From positions 147,684,001-147,748,000 of the forward strand of contig OX597817.1 in assembly GCA_951406725.2 (NCBI GenBank): DNA of 64,000 nt, written 5' to 3'. This document shows positions 1-12,340 of this stretch, piece after piece; within the stretch, counting starts at the first letter, position 1, and each line of letters opens with the position of its first letter. The notes under the pieces are model-generated. The model had not been told where the DNA came from. It searched no databases and was given only the letters and a program-made list of their open reading frames with translations. The translations under genes were made by a program, and so were the position numbers. The DNA is from Octopus vulgaris. Its lineage: Eukaryota.

Positions 1-149
1 TGGCGAGGTATTGTTTTTTTAATGGATGATTTCTTGACCACCGGCACCAACTGCAATTTCGTTCCCAAACAATTAGGGTTCAAACATCTAATTGCATTCA
101 AATCGATCTATTATTTACAATATCATGGACGGATGCTGCAAATATGGAT

Positions 150-180
<31 letters not shown>

Positions 181-348
181 CGTACATACATACATACACA
201 TATACATACATACGCACATACAATTATATATTTAATAAGAGAAAGTGAGAGATAGCGATAGATAGGTAGAGAGTGATAGAGATAGATAGATAGAGAGAGA
301 GAAAGAGAGACAGAAAGTGACATAGCTAGCTAGCAAGGTATATATGTG

Positions 349-384
<36 letters not shown>

Positions 385-655
385 ATGTGTGAGAGCTGAA
401 TGATTGATAGCGGAAATATTAGAGACCCTGTTTAATATTTGTCACTGATGTATTTGATTTCGAGGTGATTCTAGTTGCCAGACAATTAAGGGATATTTTT
501 AGGGTCCGTCAGGAGAAGGACAGCATGTTGACGATGAATATAAAACGATCTAATTAACTTGTTCTGACCCTTTGAAAGGAAAACAATAAATGAAGTCTAA
601 TTAGTCGTCGTCGTCGGAGGAGGAGGAGGAGGAGATAGCTGGATACTACTGAGCG

Positions 656-707
<52 letters not shown>

Positions 708-769
708 ATACTCACTCAAGCACAAGTAATGTACTCATATATTATAGATCTTCTATTAAAGTGGATTGA

Positions 770-2190
770 ATTTTTTTTCTGGTGTACAGAACCCAGCATG
801 TGGTAATCGATAATGTTCGATGAAGCCCAGCAAGAGTCATCCCTGGGGTCCCAGAAGATCTGTATTAGGCCCACGCAGCTGCATTATTTGCATAAGGGAC
901 AGTACTGACGTTATCAAACACAGTAATCTTAGAATTTTCGCGGTGACTCTCAGCTTCTAAATGTCATCGATAAAGTAGGAGACCGGGCCTTTTTCAACGA
1001 GAGTTCCGGACCCCAGTTGTGAATTCATTTGCATACAGCCAATCGAAGCCCAACTATCAAACTAATTTATGAGCGCATAACAAGTGATGGGCGATAAAAC
1101 AATGTCATTTGGGTAAGGAATGACCATGCTTCTTTTCTCTTTTAATGATGCTTCTTCGTCTTGTTTCAACCATGGCTGCCTCTGCGTAGTTATTTGTGTT
1201 GTTGTTTACTTTATAAAACAGTAAGGGGAGAGGGCTGCTAGCAAATCACCCTCTACCCACATTTTTCCCATCCACATCGTTACAATATGAGGCCTTAACA
1301 AAATCCGATAATAGGTATAGATGCAAATCTATCTAATAACTTGTCTCCTTATAAAATCAGGCATAACTTGGCGATCGGTCGTTCTTCATCTTGAGTTTAC
1401 TTGGTAGAACGTGTTTGTTAACTTGACAACAAGGTCAAGATGAGCTCTGATTGGCTGTATGCAAATGAGTTCATTAATGGGGTCCGGAACTCTCGTGGGA
1501 AAAAATTTCGCGACCGTACTAATCTCGAATGGGATCTGCTCACTGTTATCTAATGCGCAAAAGATAATACAAACAGCTGAAAAAGAATAAGCTTGAATAA
1601 ATCCACTTTGGTGGAGAGGCTGCACTTAAGTTACCATACACACTTTCCAGGAATGAAAATCTCGTGATATCAAACACCGTTAGAGACCTGGGAGTAGTTG
1701 TCGACAACAACGTAAGCTGGAGTGCTCACATGACCCGCTCATATGACCCACATGGCGTGCTCTTGGATCCTCAGAACTTCTTGATTTAATGACGTTTCTT
1801 ATATTATCTTTCTCTTCTCTACCTTCCTCCGTCCTCACGTTGAATACAGCTGTCTTTGTTGCTTGTGGTCACCGTACACGAAACAAAATCTCAAAATTGA
1901 AGCAGCCCACAGATCAATCACACGCACCAGCGCGACCATGTACACATAACACACACACACATTTTCACACACGAAGACGATGTGGTTGGTCTTCATTATT
2001 AGGATCAGCTAGAGAAGGTTCAAACGGTATCCCTCCAATGCCGACGTGAGTGTTACATCATATGTAAGGTGTGGAAAATATTCCAACAACACTATACAGA
2101 TGATGTTATCAACTTTAAAATTCAACGAATGCTCGGTCCCCGTGCCATGCGTCCTCTACCAAAATCATACCACAACACTTATACATGCAT
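770..2190 (+). pseudogene. Decayed CR1/L2-type LINE reverse transcriptase fragment, interrupted by a MITE at 986-1511
   Basis: Frameshifted translation gives RVIPGVP..SVLGP (cf. GVPQGSVLGP), IKHSNLRIFA.DSQL (FADD region), VIDKVGDR|TNLEWDL, RDLGVVVDNNVSWSAH and SWILRT. It is collinear with the copy at 38750-39557. Confidence 0.8.
986..1511. mobile_element. Non-autonomous DNA transposon (MITE) with imperfect TIRs of about 60-70 bp and a 5-bp TSD GACCG
   Basis: ACGAGAGTTCCGGACCCC..TGAATTCATTTGCATACAGCCAATC (997-1044) is the reverse complement of 1449-1496. GACCG occurs at 981-985 and 1512-1516, and removing the insert restores the LINE reading frame. Confidence 0.8.
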
Positions 2191-2194
2191 GTAG

Positions 2195-2495
2195 GCACAG
2201 TCCCGACTGTGTTGAAAGAAGCTTGCATCTCAGCCACATGGCTCCGGGTTCTGTCCCACTGCAAAGCATTTTGGGCGTCTTCTCATATAGCACTTGTTCA
2301 AGCACAGCCACCGTTGACAACCGGTGTTGATGTGTTTACGTCCCGTAACTTGGTTCTTCGACAAAACAGTCCAATAGAACAAGTGCCAGGATTTACAAAA
2401 CCAAAATATACTGGGTTCGATTCGTGTGACTAAAAATTATTCAAGGCGGTGCTCCAGCATGGCTGCAATCAAATGACTGGAACAAGTAAAGGATA
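2195..2495 (+). mobile_element. Diverged tRNA-derived SINE, family A
   Basis: CCACATGGCTCCGGGTTCTGTCCCACTGC head and TTGACAACCGGTGTTG...GGCGGTGCTCCAGCATGG...AAATGACTG tail match the better copies at 26443 and 51723. Confidence 0.7.
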
Positions 2496-2514
2496 ATACG
2501 TGTGTATATGTGCT

Positions 2515-2564
<50 letters not shown>

Positions 2565-2858
2565 GAGGGAGAAATGAGAGAGGGAGAGAGAGAGAAAGAG
2601 AAAGGAAGAGTGTGTGTAAAACAAACACAAACACACACATGCATGTAAACTCACCACATGCATATATGATGTACTACTTTGAATATCTAATAGCTACTAT
2701 GAAGTATATACATACGGATAGACGTACATATATGGAAACATACAGACGCACGCGCACACATATACATGTGGCTATACATGTATATAAACAGACACACACA
2801 TACACCCACACAAACTTTCATATACATATTCATGAGTGTGTGTGTTTGTGTATATATA

Positions 2859-4164
2859 TTAGGTTGTCCTACTATATAAGTTCTGAGCGTATTTTAATAT
2901 GTAAAAAGGGATATAATTAATTGACCTTTCAATAAATTTTATTCAATGAAATAATTTCCATTATTATTAATGACCTTTGCCCAAATATCAGGCAATTTAA
3001 ATATTCAGCGTAAAATTTGACTAGTTTTGAAGAAAAAAAGTTATCTAGATGCATTTTGACTCCATCCAAATCGTTAAATTTTTTCCCTGCAATGAATTCT
3101 ATAGAAATAAAAACAAGAGGCAGACGGACGGTGCAATATCAGAAGAATATGATAGATTGGGTAAGAGAACCCAGCCAAGTTCATGTTCGGGTAGCCAAAG
3201 ATGTATGTGGTCGGGCATTGTCTTGTTGCAGCACTATCCCTTTCCTGTTGTCAATATCCGGCCTCAATTCTTTGATTTTTTTTGTTTGTTTCAAATCAGC
3301 CAGCTGATGACAGTACAGATCCGAATTAATGGTCTGGTTTTGTGAGAAAGGCTCATAATAAATAATGCTTTTATGATCCCACCAAACACAAAGCATAGCA
3401 TTTTTGGCGTGGATATTCGTCTTTGGCTGCTGTTTTGGGGGATCCTTACGAGAACCCCAGGATCTTTTCCGCACTGCGTTTTCGTACACAATCCATTTTT
3501 CACCTCCAGTCACAAGTTGTTTAAAAAAAGGTATGCTTTCATTCCGTTTGAAAAGCATATCACAAACGGAATACCGGTCCAAGCAATTCTTTTCTGAGAG
3601 TTTGTGAGAGGCTCATTCTTTATAGTGAGATATGTATCCTAGCTTCACTAGGCGTTCATGAGCCGTACTTCTAGAAAATCCCAATTCCTCTACAAGTTCT
3701 CTTTGAGTTTTCTTCGATTTTGCCTTCAAAACATCTTCATCCAATTTTGAAGATCTTCCACTCCGACTGTCATCTTCCAAGCTAAACTCTCCGGCCTTGA
3801 ATTTTGCAAACCACCTTCGTTCACCTACAGCGTCATCACCATAAAGCGTCAGTTAGTTCACTTACAGCGTCATCACCATAAACTTCACAAATGTTTACGC
3901 AAGTCCTTGCAGCATTTTCTCCTTTAAAAAAAAAAGAAAAGCATTACAATGTGAATACAAAATGTGTGGCTATCCATTTCAAATGTCAATGAAGGGTAAT
4001 CAGAAAGGAATATAAATCTATTTGTAATCATATACAAAGAAGAGATAGCTGCACTACCACTTCAAGCAGCGTCAAAGTTTTAACTGTGTTACATTTCAGG
4101 TGTGTTCAATGAAGCGTTAAAGATTTAGCTTTAAAATGATCTGAACGTTCCGGACAGCCTAAAA
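2859..4164 (-). mobile_element. Full-length but decayed mariner element (transposase pseudogene)
   Basis: Minus-strand fragments KGENAARTCVNICEVYGDDAV, LVTGGEKWIVYEN, MLCVWWD, QQDNARPH and YSSDIAPS. Imperfect TIRs TTAGGTTGTCC / GGACAGCCTAA lie next to TA. There are frameshifts, stops and a small internal duplication at about 3819-3882. Confidence 0.9.
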
Positions 4165-4463
4165 TATATATATATATATATATATATAATTGTATAGTGA
4201 TATCTCACAATAATATTATATTTTCCGACTTGAAGCGACAATTTTTAAATACAAACAATTGACTGGAAAATAATGAGCTAACCCTAGCCAGAATCGAACC
4301 CACAAGTAAACGCTTACACGGATCCTTCTGCATACGATTGGGTTAAACGTTCATCCATTAATTTCGGCCAAATTTAATGAATATACACTTTAACTGTCTA
4401 ATACTACATATCATATTTGTGAACAAACCAGAAAGGCTTTGTAAGTGACAGAGAGAAAGCTAC

Positions 4464-4692
<229 letters not shown>

Positions 4693-4777
4693 GCACATTT
4701 GTGTGTGTGCGTGCATGTGTGACTGTGTCTGTATATATGTATAAATGTGCGTTACATAAGTTTTGTCACTTATTCAT

Positions 4778-5080
4778 GCGTAGGAGTGGCTCTCTGTGTC
4801 AAGTAGTTTGCTTACCAACCACATGGTTCCGGGTTCGATCCCACTGCGTGGCACCTTGGGCAAATGTCTTCTACTATATCCTCGGGCCGACCAAAGCCTT
4901 GTGAGTGGATTTGGTAGACGGAAACTGAAAGAAGCCCGTCGCATATACATACATGCATACATACGGACCAAGCTTTAAAATAAAAGTACTGGAGTTGATT
5001 CTCTGGAGTAAAACCCTTCATGGCGGTGCCCCAGAATGGCAGCAGTCCAAAGGCTGAAACATATAAAAGGGAAAAGATAA
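4778..5080 (+). mobile_element. tRNA-derived SINE family A (internally deleted)
   Basis: A box-like TGGCTCTCTGTG, B box GGTTCGATCCC, CORE-like CACCTTGGGCAA and a truncated tail. Confidence 0.85.
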
Positions 5081-5461
5081 AATGCGTTCAGATCTTTGCG
5101 AATTCTTCTGTGTACAGTTGTCCTACCAATTCGACTCGAAACTGCACGCTTGCTGTCGTTATAGACACGCGAATGTTTCATCCCAAAAACTAAGAACTTT
5201 TTCATCGGGCTCTAACGTTCTGACGCCCCTCTCGTTCCCAGACCTCTCAACCCTATCTCACTTCTTCTCTTCCGTTTAGTGAAAAAGAGAATCTGTATGA
5301 AGTCTGGAGCATTTTATGTTTCTGTGGATTTTCCCCAGTTTAATACAAAGTGTTAATCCAAAGCGAGTTTCCTACACGTCCACACTGCATTCTGCGAGTT
5401 ACTCAACTGTAACAAGCAATATTTAGGAGGATGTGTTCAAAGTGCTGTCGCAGTAGTTTCC

Positions 5462-5692
5462 CATTTCTCCATTGCCCACAAGGGGCCAAACATAGAACGG
5501 ACAAACAAGGACAGACAAAGGGGGTTAAGTCGATTATATCGACCCCAGTGCGTAACTGCTACTTAATTTAACGACCCCGAAAGGATGAAAGGCAAAGTCG
5601 AACTCGGCGGAATTTGAACTCAGAACATAACGGCAGACGAAATACGACTACGCATTTCGCCCGGCGTGCTAACGTTTCTACCAGCTCACCGC
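5462..5692 (-). mobile_element. SINE family B (Meta/MESC-like domain) with 17-bp TSD
   Basis: Reverse copy of GGCGGCGAGCTGGCAGAAACGTTAGCACGCCGGGCG...GCCTTTCATCCTTTCGGGGTCG. TSD CTGT(C/T)GCAGTAGTTTCC at 5445-5461 and 5693-5709. Confidence 0.9.
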
Positions 5693-5805
5693 CTGTTGCA
5701 GTAGTTTCCTTCAACCTGGAATATCAAAAGCCGATACGTCAGCTCATTAGATGTATGGTATTGACATACTAAAATCACAATTATCTAAGACAGCTATAGC
5801 TGCTC

Positions 5806-5806
5806 C

Positions 5807-5842
<36 letters not shown>

Positions 5843-6004
5843 CTATATGTATATATATGTATATATCTATATGTATATATATATATCTATATGTATATAT
5901 ATATATCTATATGTATATATATATATATATGTATATATCTATATGTATATATATATGTATATATATATATATATGTATATATATTTATATATATATATAT
6001 ATAT

Positions 6005-6037
<33 letters not shown>

Positions 6038-6088
6038 GTGTATATATATTCTTACATATATCGATACATACATAGATATAGATATATT

Positions 6089-6132
<44 letters not shown>

Positions 6133-6141
6133 TATATATAT
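5806..6141. repeat. Degenerate (TA)n microsatellite
   Basis: TA-rich array; source of the spurious YIYI ORFs. Confidence 0.95.
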
Positions 6142-6555
6142 TTGTGTGTCTGTGTTTATGTGCCTGTGTATACATGTACACGCACACATGGATAATGTTT
6201 GCAAGGAAAGTAGCAGCGCCATACACTTTTAACAGGATATAAGTAATGGGAAAATGTCGAAAATGTAAATAATGTAGTATTTATTCACTAGTGGTTGTGG
6301 GTGGTTGTTGCCATAATTGGCATTTAATCCCTGCATTCAATGCAGCATATTAATTGTTCATAAATGTTTGCGAGGAAAATTGCTGCTAGCAACGGTTAAT
6401 TATTTGTGTGGGATATGCTCAATTGTACAGATGATCTGGACAGATTTTACTGCGCTATAGCAATACAGCAATACCATATTTGTTGGTGCATTCAGGGGCC
6501 CTGATATATATGTGCACTAATCGATTCACAGCTGCTACCAGCACTGTTTTATAAT

Positions 6556-6668
6556 TGCTGTTGTTTTTGTTGCTGTAGTAGTAGTTGTTGTTGTTATTAT
6601 TATTACTATTATTATTATTATTATTATTATCATCATCATCATCATCATCCTCATCATTATTATTATTA

Positions 6669-6712
<44 letters not shown>

Positions 6713-6749
6713 GTTCTTGTTGTTGTTGCTGTTATTATTATTATTATTA
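6556..6749. repeat. Compound trinucleotide microsatellite (TTG/TAT/CAT)
   Basis: Visible triplet arrays. Confidence 0.95.
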
Positions 6750-6970
6750 AGGCGGTGCGCTGGGAGAAATGTTGGCATGCCTGACAGTATATTAGCGGTA
6801 TATTTTCCAGATTTGTGTTCTGAGTTCAGATGCGGCCGAGGTCACCTTTGACTTCCAGCCTTTGTTGGCTGTCAAAATAAGTACCAGTTATATAATGAGA
6901 TTGATGAAATCGACAAGCCCTGCCCCCTCACACCTATTATTCCAGTATTTGTGCCTATATTAGAAAGGAC
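6750..6970 (+). mobile_element. Diverged SINE family B
   Basis: GGCGGTGCGCTGGGAGAAATGTTGGCA...TTCTGAGTTCAGA..GCCGAGGTC...AAATAAGTACCAG. Confidence 0.7.
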
Positions 6971-7224
6971 TACTACTTCACCGTTCAATATAAAATACAA
7001 ATTTCTTATGTGTTTTATATTAATGTTTGGCGACAATCTCAATAATTTCCCTTATGATTCTTGCAGAATGAAAAATGGCACTCTACTTCAGGTCGGCATT
7101 GCGAGTTTCACTTCCAATTTCTTTCAATTTTTTTTCAGATAGCACTTTGGGTGTTATGTCAAGAGCACCTAATTCTACAGGAATAATTGTTGTCTTGATC
7201 TTTCACAGTATATATTCGGTGACT

Positions 7225-7429
7225 TTGTGCCTGTGTTTGTCCCCCACCACTGCTTGACAACCAGTGTTGGTGTGTAACGTAGCGGTTTGGCAAAGGAGAC
7301 CGTTAGGATAAGTATGAGATTAAAAATACATTTAGTACTGGACTGGATTCATTCGAATCAAAATTCTCCAAGGCGGTGCAACAGCATGGCCGCTCTCTTA
7401 TGACTGAAACAAATTAAAGGTAAAAGATC
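7225..7429 (+). mobile_element. SINE family A 3' portion; its last ~137 bp are duplicated at 7943-8079
   Basis: GCTTGACAACCAGTGTTGGTGTG...AAGGCGGTGC..CAGCATGGCC...ATGACTGAAAC. Confidence 0.75.
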
Positions 7430-7718
7430 TTTAACAATAATCCTTGAACGGAATTCATAAATATTTAATGCATCGCTACGCGCAATTCCGCAAATCGCAT
7501 GACTCTTAGGGCCATAGTCTGTATTTTTTGGATGATTCCAGTGCAGTCCGTAGTACCCATGGGTATCCGGTTGATCATTATCATTGATTCATTTCTTCAA
7601 ACGATATAACATGAGTGGATGTACAATAGTGGGATGATTATCTCTTTTTACCTGTATGAATGTCAAGCGAGTTATGTGGGTTATTTGCATATTCTAAACG
7701 ATTCCCATGAACAAATTC

Positions 7719-7764
7719 CTGTTACTGAGGAAGCGCAATGCGCTGAAATCACGTGATCTGACAG
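7719..7764 (+). ncRNA. Type I hammerhead ribozyme (minimal, palindromic stem III)
   Basis: CTGTTA-CTGAGGA-AGCGCAATGCGCT-GAAA-TCACGTGA-TC-TGACAG. Stem I CTGTTA/TGACAG, complete core, stem II AGCGC/GCGCT, AUC cleavage triplet. Confidence 0.85.
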
Positions 7765-9124
7765 TTACGGTGCCCAGAACTAAAAATTTTCGTCAGCTAG
7801 TTATATATGTGTGCTCTTAGCATTCCATGTCTATATGAGAGGTAATCTCAATACAAAAAGCGCAGTATTCAGCGTTCTACCAATACATCGACATCGAGTA
7901 GGCTATAAGGATTGCTGCACACACACAAGGTAGAGGTTCAACAAAGGAGACCGTTAGGATAAGTATCACATTTAAAATACATTTAGTACTGGTCTGGATT
8001 CATTCGAATCAAATTTCATCAAGGTGGTGCACCAACATGGCCAGTCTCTTATGACTTAAACAAATAAAAAATAAAAGATGGCTGTGTTTTCTTTTTTAAC
8101 TGTGATACAATCCAGTCTTCGACACCTTCATTTAATATTTCTACAAAGGTGCAAGAAAATACCGAGGTCGACTTTGCTTTCATCCTTTCATTTGATAAAA
8201 AAAGTACCAGTGGAGACACGGGGTTCGATTTAATCGACTCACCTCTCTCTCGAAATTACTTATCTTGTGCCAAAATTTGATGTCAATATTGTTACTGCCT
8301 TTAATGTTTGCGAGAAACGTTTCTTCTAGTAAACGTAGCTGGTATATATTCCAGTGTCAGTGGATATTTGAACCCGTGTCGTAGAAGTATAATACTAAAT
8401 AAAATTGAGTCAGACACTGTACCATTTCCAGCACGCTACCAATTTCTTTGACGCTATTGTTTTCTTTGATAATAAAAAGTATCAATATCTCAAACAATAT
8501 TTCGTTATAATGAGGACAGTGTGTGGCATGATAAATTTTCGTCAAATCGAATACTCGACTTAATTTCGATGTGCAGTTACTGCCTCATCCATTAATCATT
8601 ATCAGCTATCGTCTGCCCTCACCAGGCTAAATACTACGAAACACCGTCATGTGCTTTCGTGTGCTGTCTTTATACACTCACCGTGTTTTTAAAATGTTTC
8701 ATTTTCGTTATTAACCATCCATTTAACTCTTGTTTTGTTTTCTCTGTTTTTCTCTTTTTTCATTCATTTTGCCTTTTATTAACACTTTTTCTAATTAAAT
8801 GTCCAAAATATTTTAGTTTTTCTTTGTTCGGTAATTTTTAAATTTTCCTTCATTTATTTTCGTTTTTTTTAATCATTGTTATTCCTTTATCTGTTCTTTT
8901 CTGTTTTAATCATAATATTCTCAATAGTCGTCTCGTTTAAAGGCTTGCAATCTATTTGAAAACATTTTGTTAATATCTATGTTTCAACTCCGTGTAATAG
9001 AGTGAACTGCATATGTAACATTTCAATAAGCTTTATAACATTTATAATATTTTAATAATCTTTATAACATATTTAACATATTAATAATCATCTTTACGAT
9101 GTTCATATATCAATGTTGCATGAT

Positions 9125-9965
9125 AAAGCGGTTAGCTGGCAGAATTGCTAGCACGCCGGGCGAAATGCCTAGCGGTATTTCGTCTGTCTTCGTCCTGAGT
9201 TCAAATCCCGCCGAGGTAATCTTTACCGTTCATCCTTTCGGGGTCGGTAAATTAAGTACCAGTTACGAACTGGGGTCGATGTAATCGACTTAATCCGTTT
9301 GTCTGTCCTTTTTTGTCCTCTCTCTGTTTAGACCCTTGTGTGTAGTAAAGAAATAGAAATAGGTATTTCGTCTGCCGCTACGTTCTAAGTTCAAATTCTG
9401 CCGAGGCGGTCTTTGCCTTTTCATCCTTTGGGGGTCGATTAAATAAGTACCAGTTACGCACTGGGGTCGATATAATCGACTTAATCCGTTTGTCTGTCCT
9501 TGTTTGTCCTCTCTGTGTTTAGCCCCTAATGGGTAGAAAAGAAATAGGCATTTCATCCGTCCTTGCGTTCTGTGTTCAAGTTCCATCGGGGCCGACTTTA
9601 CCTTTTATCCTTTCTGGGTTGATAAAATAAGTCCCAATTTAGCACTGGGATCAATGTAATCGACTTGCCACCCCGCCATCCACTCCCGAATTTGCTGGCC
9701 TTGTGCCAAGATTTGAGACCCATATTAATGTTGCATGATAAAACGGCGAGCTGGCAGAATGGTGAGCACGCCGTGGAAAATGCTAGCGGCATTTAGTCCG
9801 TCTTCATGTTCTGTGTTCAAATTACGCCGGGGTCGACTTTTCCCTTTATCCTTTCGGGGTTAATAAAATAAGTGCTAGCCGAGCACTGGGTTTGATACAA
9901 CTGACTTAGGCCTTTCCCTAGAAATTGCTGGCCTTGTGTCAAAATTTCAAACCAATATAAATGTT
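9125..9965 (+). mobile_element. Cluster of about four tandem SINE family B units
   Basis: Heads at about 9125 and 9742 plus headless internal repeats. Flanking AATGTT(G/T)CATGAT recurs at about 9112, 9727 and 9960. Confidence 0.85.
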
Positions 9966-10009
9966 TCATGATGTTAGTATCTTTGTATTAAACAACTTCT
10001 TCACAGTCA

Positions 10010-10390
10010 TTCGATTGCGGCCACGCATGAGCATTTCCTTGAAGAATTTAATTAATCAAACGGGCACAGTTACATGTTATTTTAAAGTCCGGTTCTTAAT
10101 ATATCGGCGTCTTTTTGCCAAACCCTGAGTTGTAGGAACACAAACAAACCAACATTGGCTGTGAGAGACAAAGATGCACACTAACAGGTGCGCACATACA
10201 TATGCGTGTATGTTCCTATGCAGTTTCCGGGTTTCTATGCAGTTTCCGTCTACTCAATTCGCTTACAAGGCATAGGTGAACAGGAGGTTATTTTAAAAGA
10301 CACCTAGACAAGGTACCCCGCAGGGAGATTGAACTCAAAGCTAAATGGCTGCAAAGCAAACATTTTAATCACACAGCCTTGGCTGCATCC
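10010..10390 (-). mobile_element. Highly diverged SINE family A
   Basis: CAGTTTCCGTCTAC..CAAGGTACCCCGCAGGGAGATTGAAC..CACACAGCC matches the reverse head; tail remnant at about 10010-10160. Confidence 0.6.
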
Positions 10391-10899
10391 ACAACTTTTT
10401 AACATTTCTGTTCTCATAACATTCTTGCTATTTCCATTTTCGTTTTCATTCGTTTCACATTTCCCATGTTCTATTTGCATATATCTCAGGTCTATGTCTG
10501 TTAGTCATATGGCTTTATCTCAATTGTAATAAATATTTTGGCGGTAACTATTGCTTTTTGCTGATTACATTGGGGAACACGGAATTTGGTGTCTGAGATA
10601 TTTGACCTGTACTGAGGTAAATTTTGATTGCTGATTCTAAATATGTCATTAGCTTCATTCCATCATCTCTGGGTATCTAGATATGTTATACTCCTAATTG
10701 CTATGCATACAACCCATCAAACAAAGGATTGATGACTACAAAACATTATTGTTAACTTTTCGATAAAAACTGGAGTCATAAAAATATATATTTATAATTA
10801 AATTACATCAACAGAAGCAGATAAAAGCGAAACACGAGTAGAAAGTTATCACCGAATGAACTTGTATTCACTCAAGCATATCGAGCAGGTTTGCTGACA

Positions 10900-11510
10900 C
10901 CACTATATTGGTTTACTCGGGTTGCGAACACCACTATATCGGACAAACTAGTATGACCTTGAGAAAGAGAACCACTCTACATAAAGAGCAAATCCGTTTC
11001 CCGCAATACAGACATATTCCTCTCCGTGAACATATAGAAAAATGTGCAGGTAACATCAAACCAAATTTCACAGTCTTTCCTTTCTACCAGTGCAAAGACG
11101 CAATCTCTCAACTAGAACGTTTAAATAAAGAAACTTTTTTCATTGAAAAATACAAAACACGTCTTAATATGCACGCATAACCAACTTTTATCTTTTACAT
11201 ATTTCAATTCACGATTACATCACTGTACATAAATCCCCTACTAAACAAGGTTTTTGAAACTTGTCTCTGTCTGTACACATATATAATCCCCACCCATTAC
11301 GGAAAGCTGAACAGTTATCTCCCTTACCCACAACAATAACAATAATAGCGATAACCAATTACCTCCCTTTATCACACACAACATGGACCAAATTTCTTCT
11401 TAAAGAAAAAATATATATTCAAATAAGTAAAACATAACATCATGAATAGCGATAGCGAAACCGGTCGATATATTAAAAATTATATTAAAACTATGTAAGT
11501 GTGCGTATTT
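10900..11510 (+). mobile_element. Penelope-like element 3' end: GIY-YIG endonuclease fragment plus pseudo-LTR region
   Basis: ORF 10908-11180 SGCEHHYIGQTSMTLRKRTTLHKEQIR...FTVFPFY...RLNKETFFIEKYKTRLN carries the YIG, R..H, E and LN motifs of PLE endonucleases. A decayed HHR-like motif follows at about 11437-11472. Confidence 0.85.
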
Positions 11511-11561
11511 TCCTATTTTAATTTTTTATATATATATATATACATATATATAATCAACATA

Positions 11562-11695
11562 TGTAAAGGGGTATACTTGTTGCTTATTTTGATTATAATC
11601 ACCCCATTTTGAATTATATGGATAATACCATACCAAATTCTGGTGCCTTTAACATAAGTGGCATATTCAACTGAATCTAAATTTTTACTGAACTT
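11562..11695 (+). repeat. TA-flanked fragment related to the tail of the HHR element at 60445-60590
   Basis: Its reverse complement shares TGAATATG, TATGGT.TTA.CCATA, TGGGGTGATTA and AAGCAACAAG with 60490-60582. Confidence 0.55.
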
Positions 11696-12139
11696 ATATA
11701 TATATATATATATATATTTAAATATAAATAAATATATATATATATATATGTATGTGTTTATATACAAATATATATATGAAAGTATACACGGGCATGTTTA
11801 CAAAGACATATACACAGGCCCCACCCCATATATACATACATTATATATATATCTATATATAATGAATGTATGTATGTATGCACAAAGGAGCCTCAGGTCT
11901 ACTCAGATCATACTTCTCTGAATGTGGTGTTGCTTTGCGGCAAAGAGAAAGCTACATTTACTCATATACTTCATATTTAATTTATGATATTTCTTATTCT
12001 TGATTCCCCTTTTACAACGACAATGAATGGTGCTGACATCACGGAGGCAGTATCCGAAGCATTGTCTAGAAGTTGAAGATGTTGGTGATGCCCAATATGT
12101 ATCGACGGTTGTATTGGTGTAGGTGTTTTTTTGTTGTTA

Positions 12140-12196
12140 GTAGTAGTGGTGGTGGAGGTGGTGCCGCCGCCGCCGCCACTGCTGCTGCTGCTGCTG

Positions 12197-12285
<89 letters not shown>

Positions 12286-12297
12286 ACTACTACTACG

Positions 12298-12338
<41 letters not shown>

Positions 12339-12340
12339 AG
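12140..12340. repeat. Compound (GGT)(GCC)(GCT)(ACT)n microsatellite
   Basis: Visible triplet arrays; gives the poly-G/A/T ORF. Confidence 0.95.

Noticed and set aside
4190-4410. TA-flanked segment with a reverse B-box-like GGGTTCGATTC
   Set aside because: Single copy here, with no convincing tRNA fold or element boundaries.
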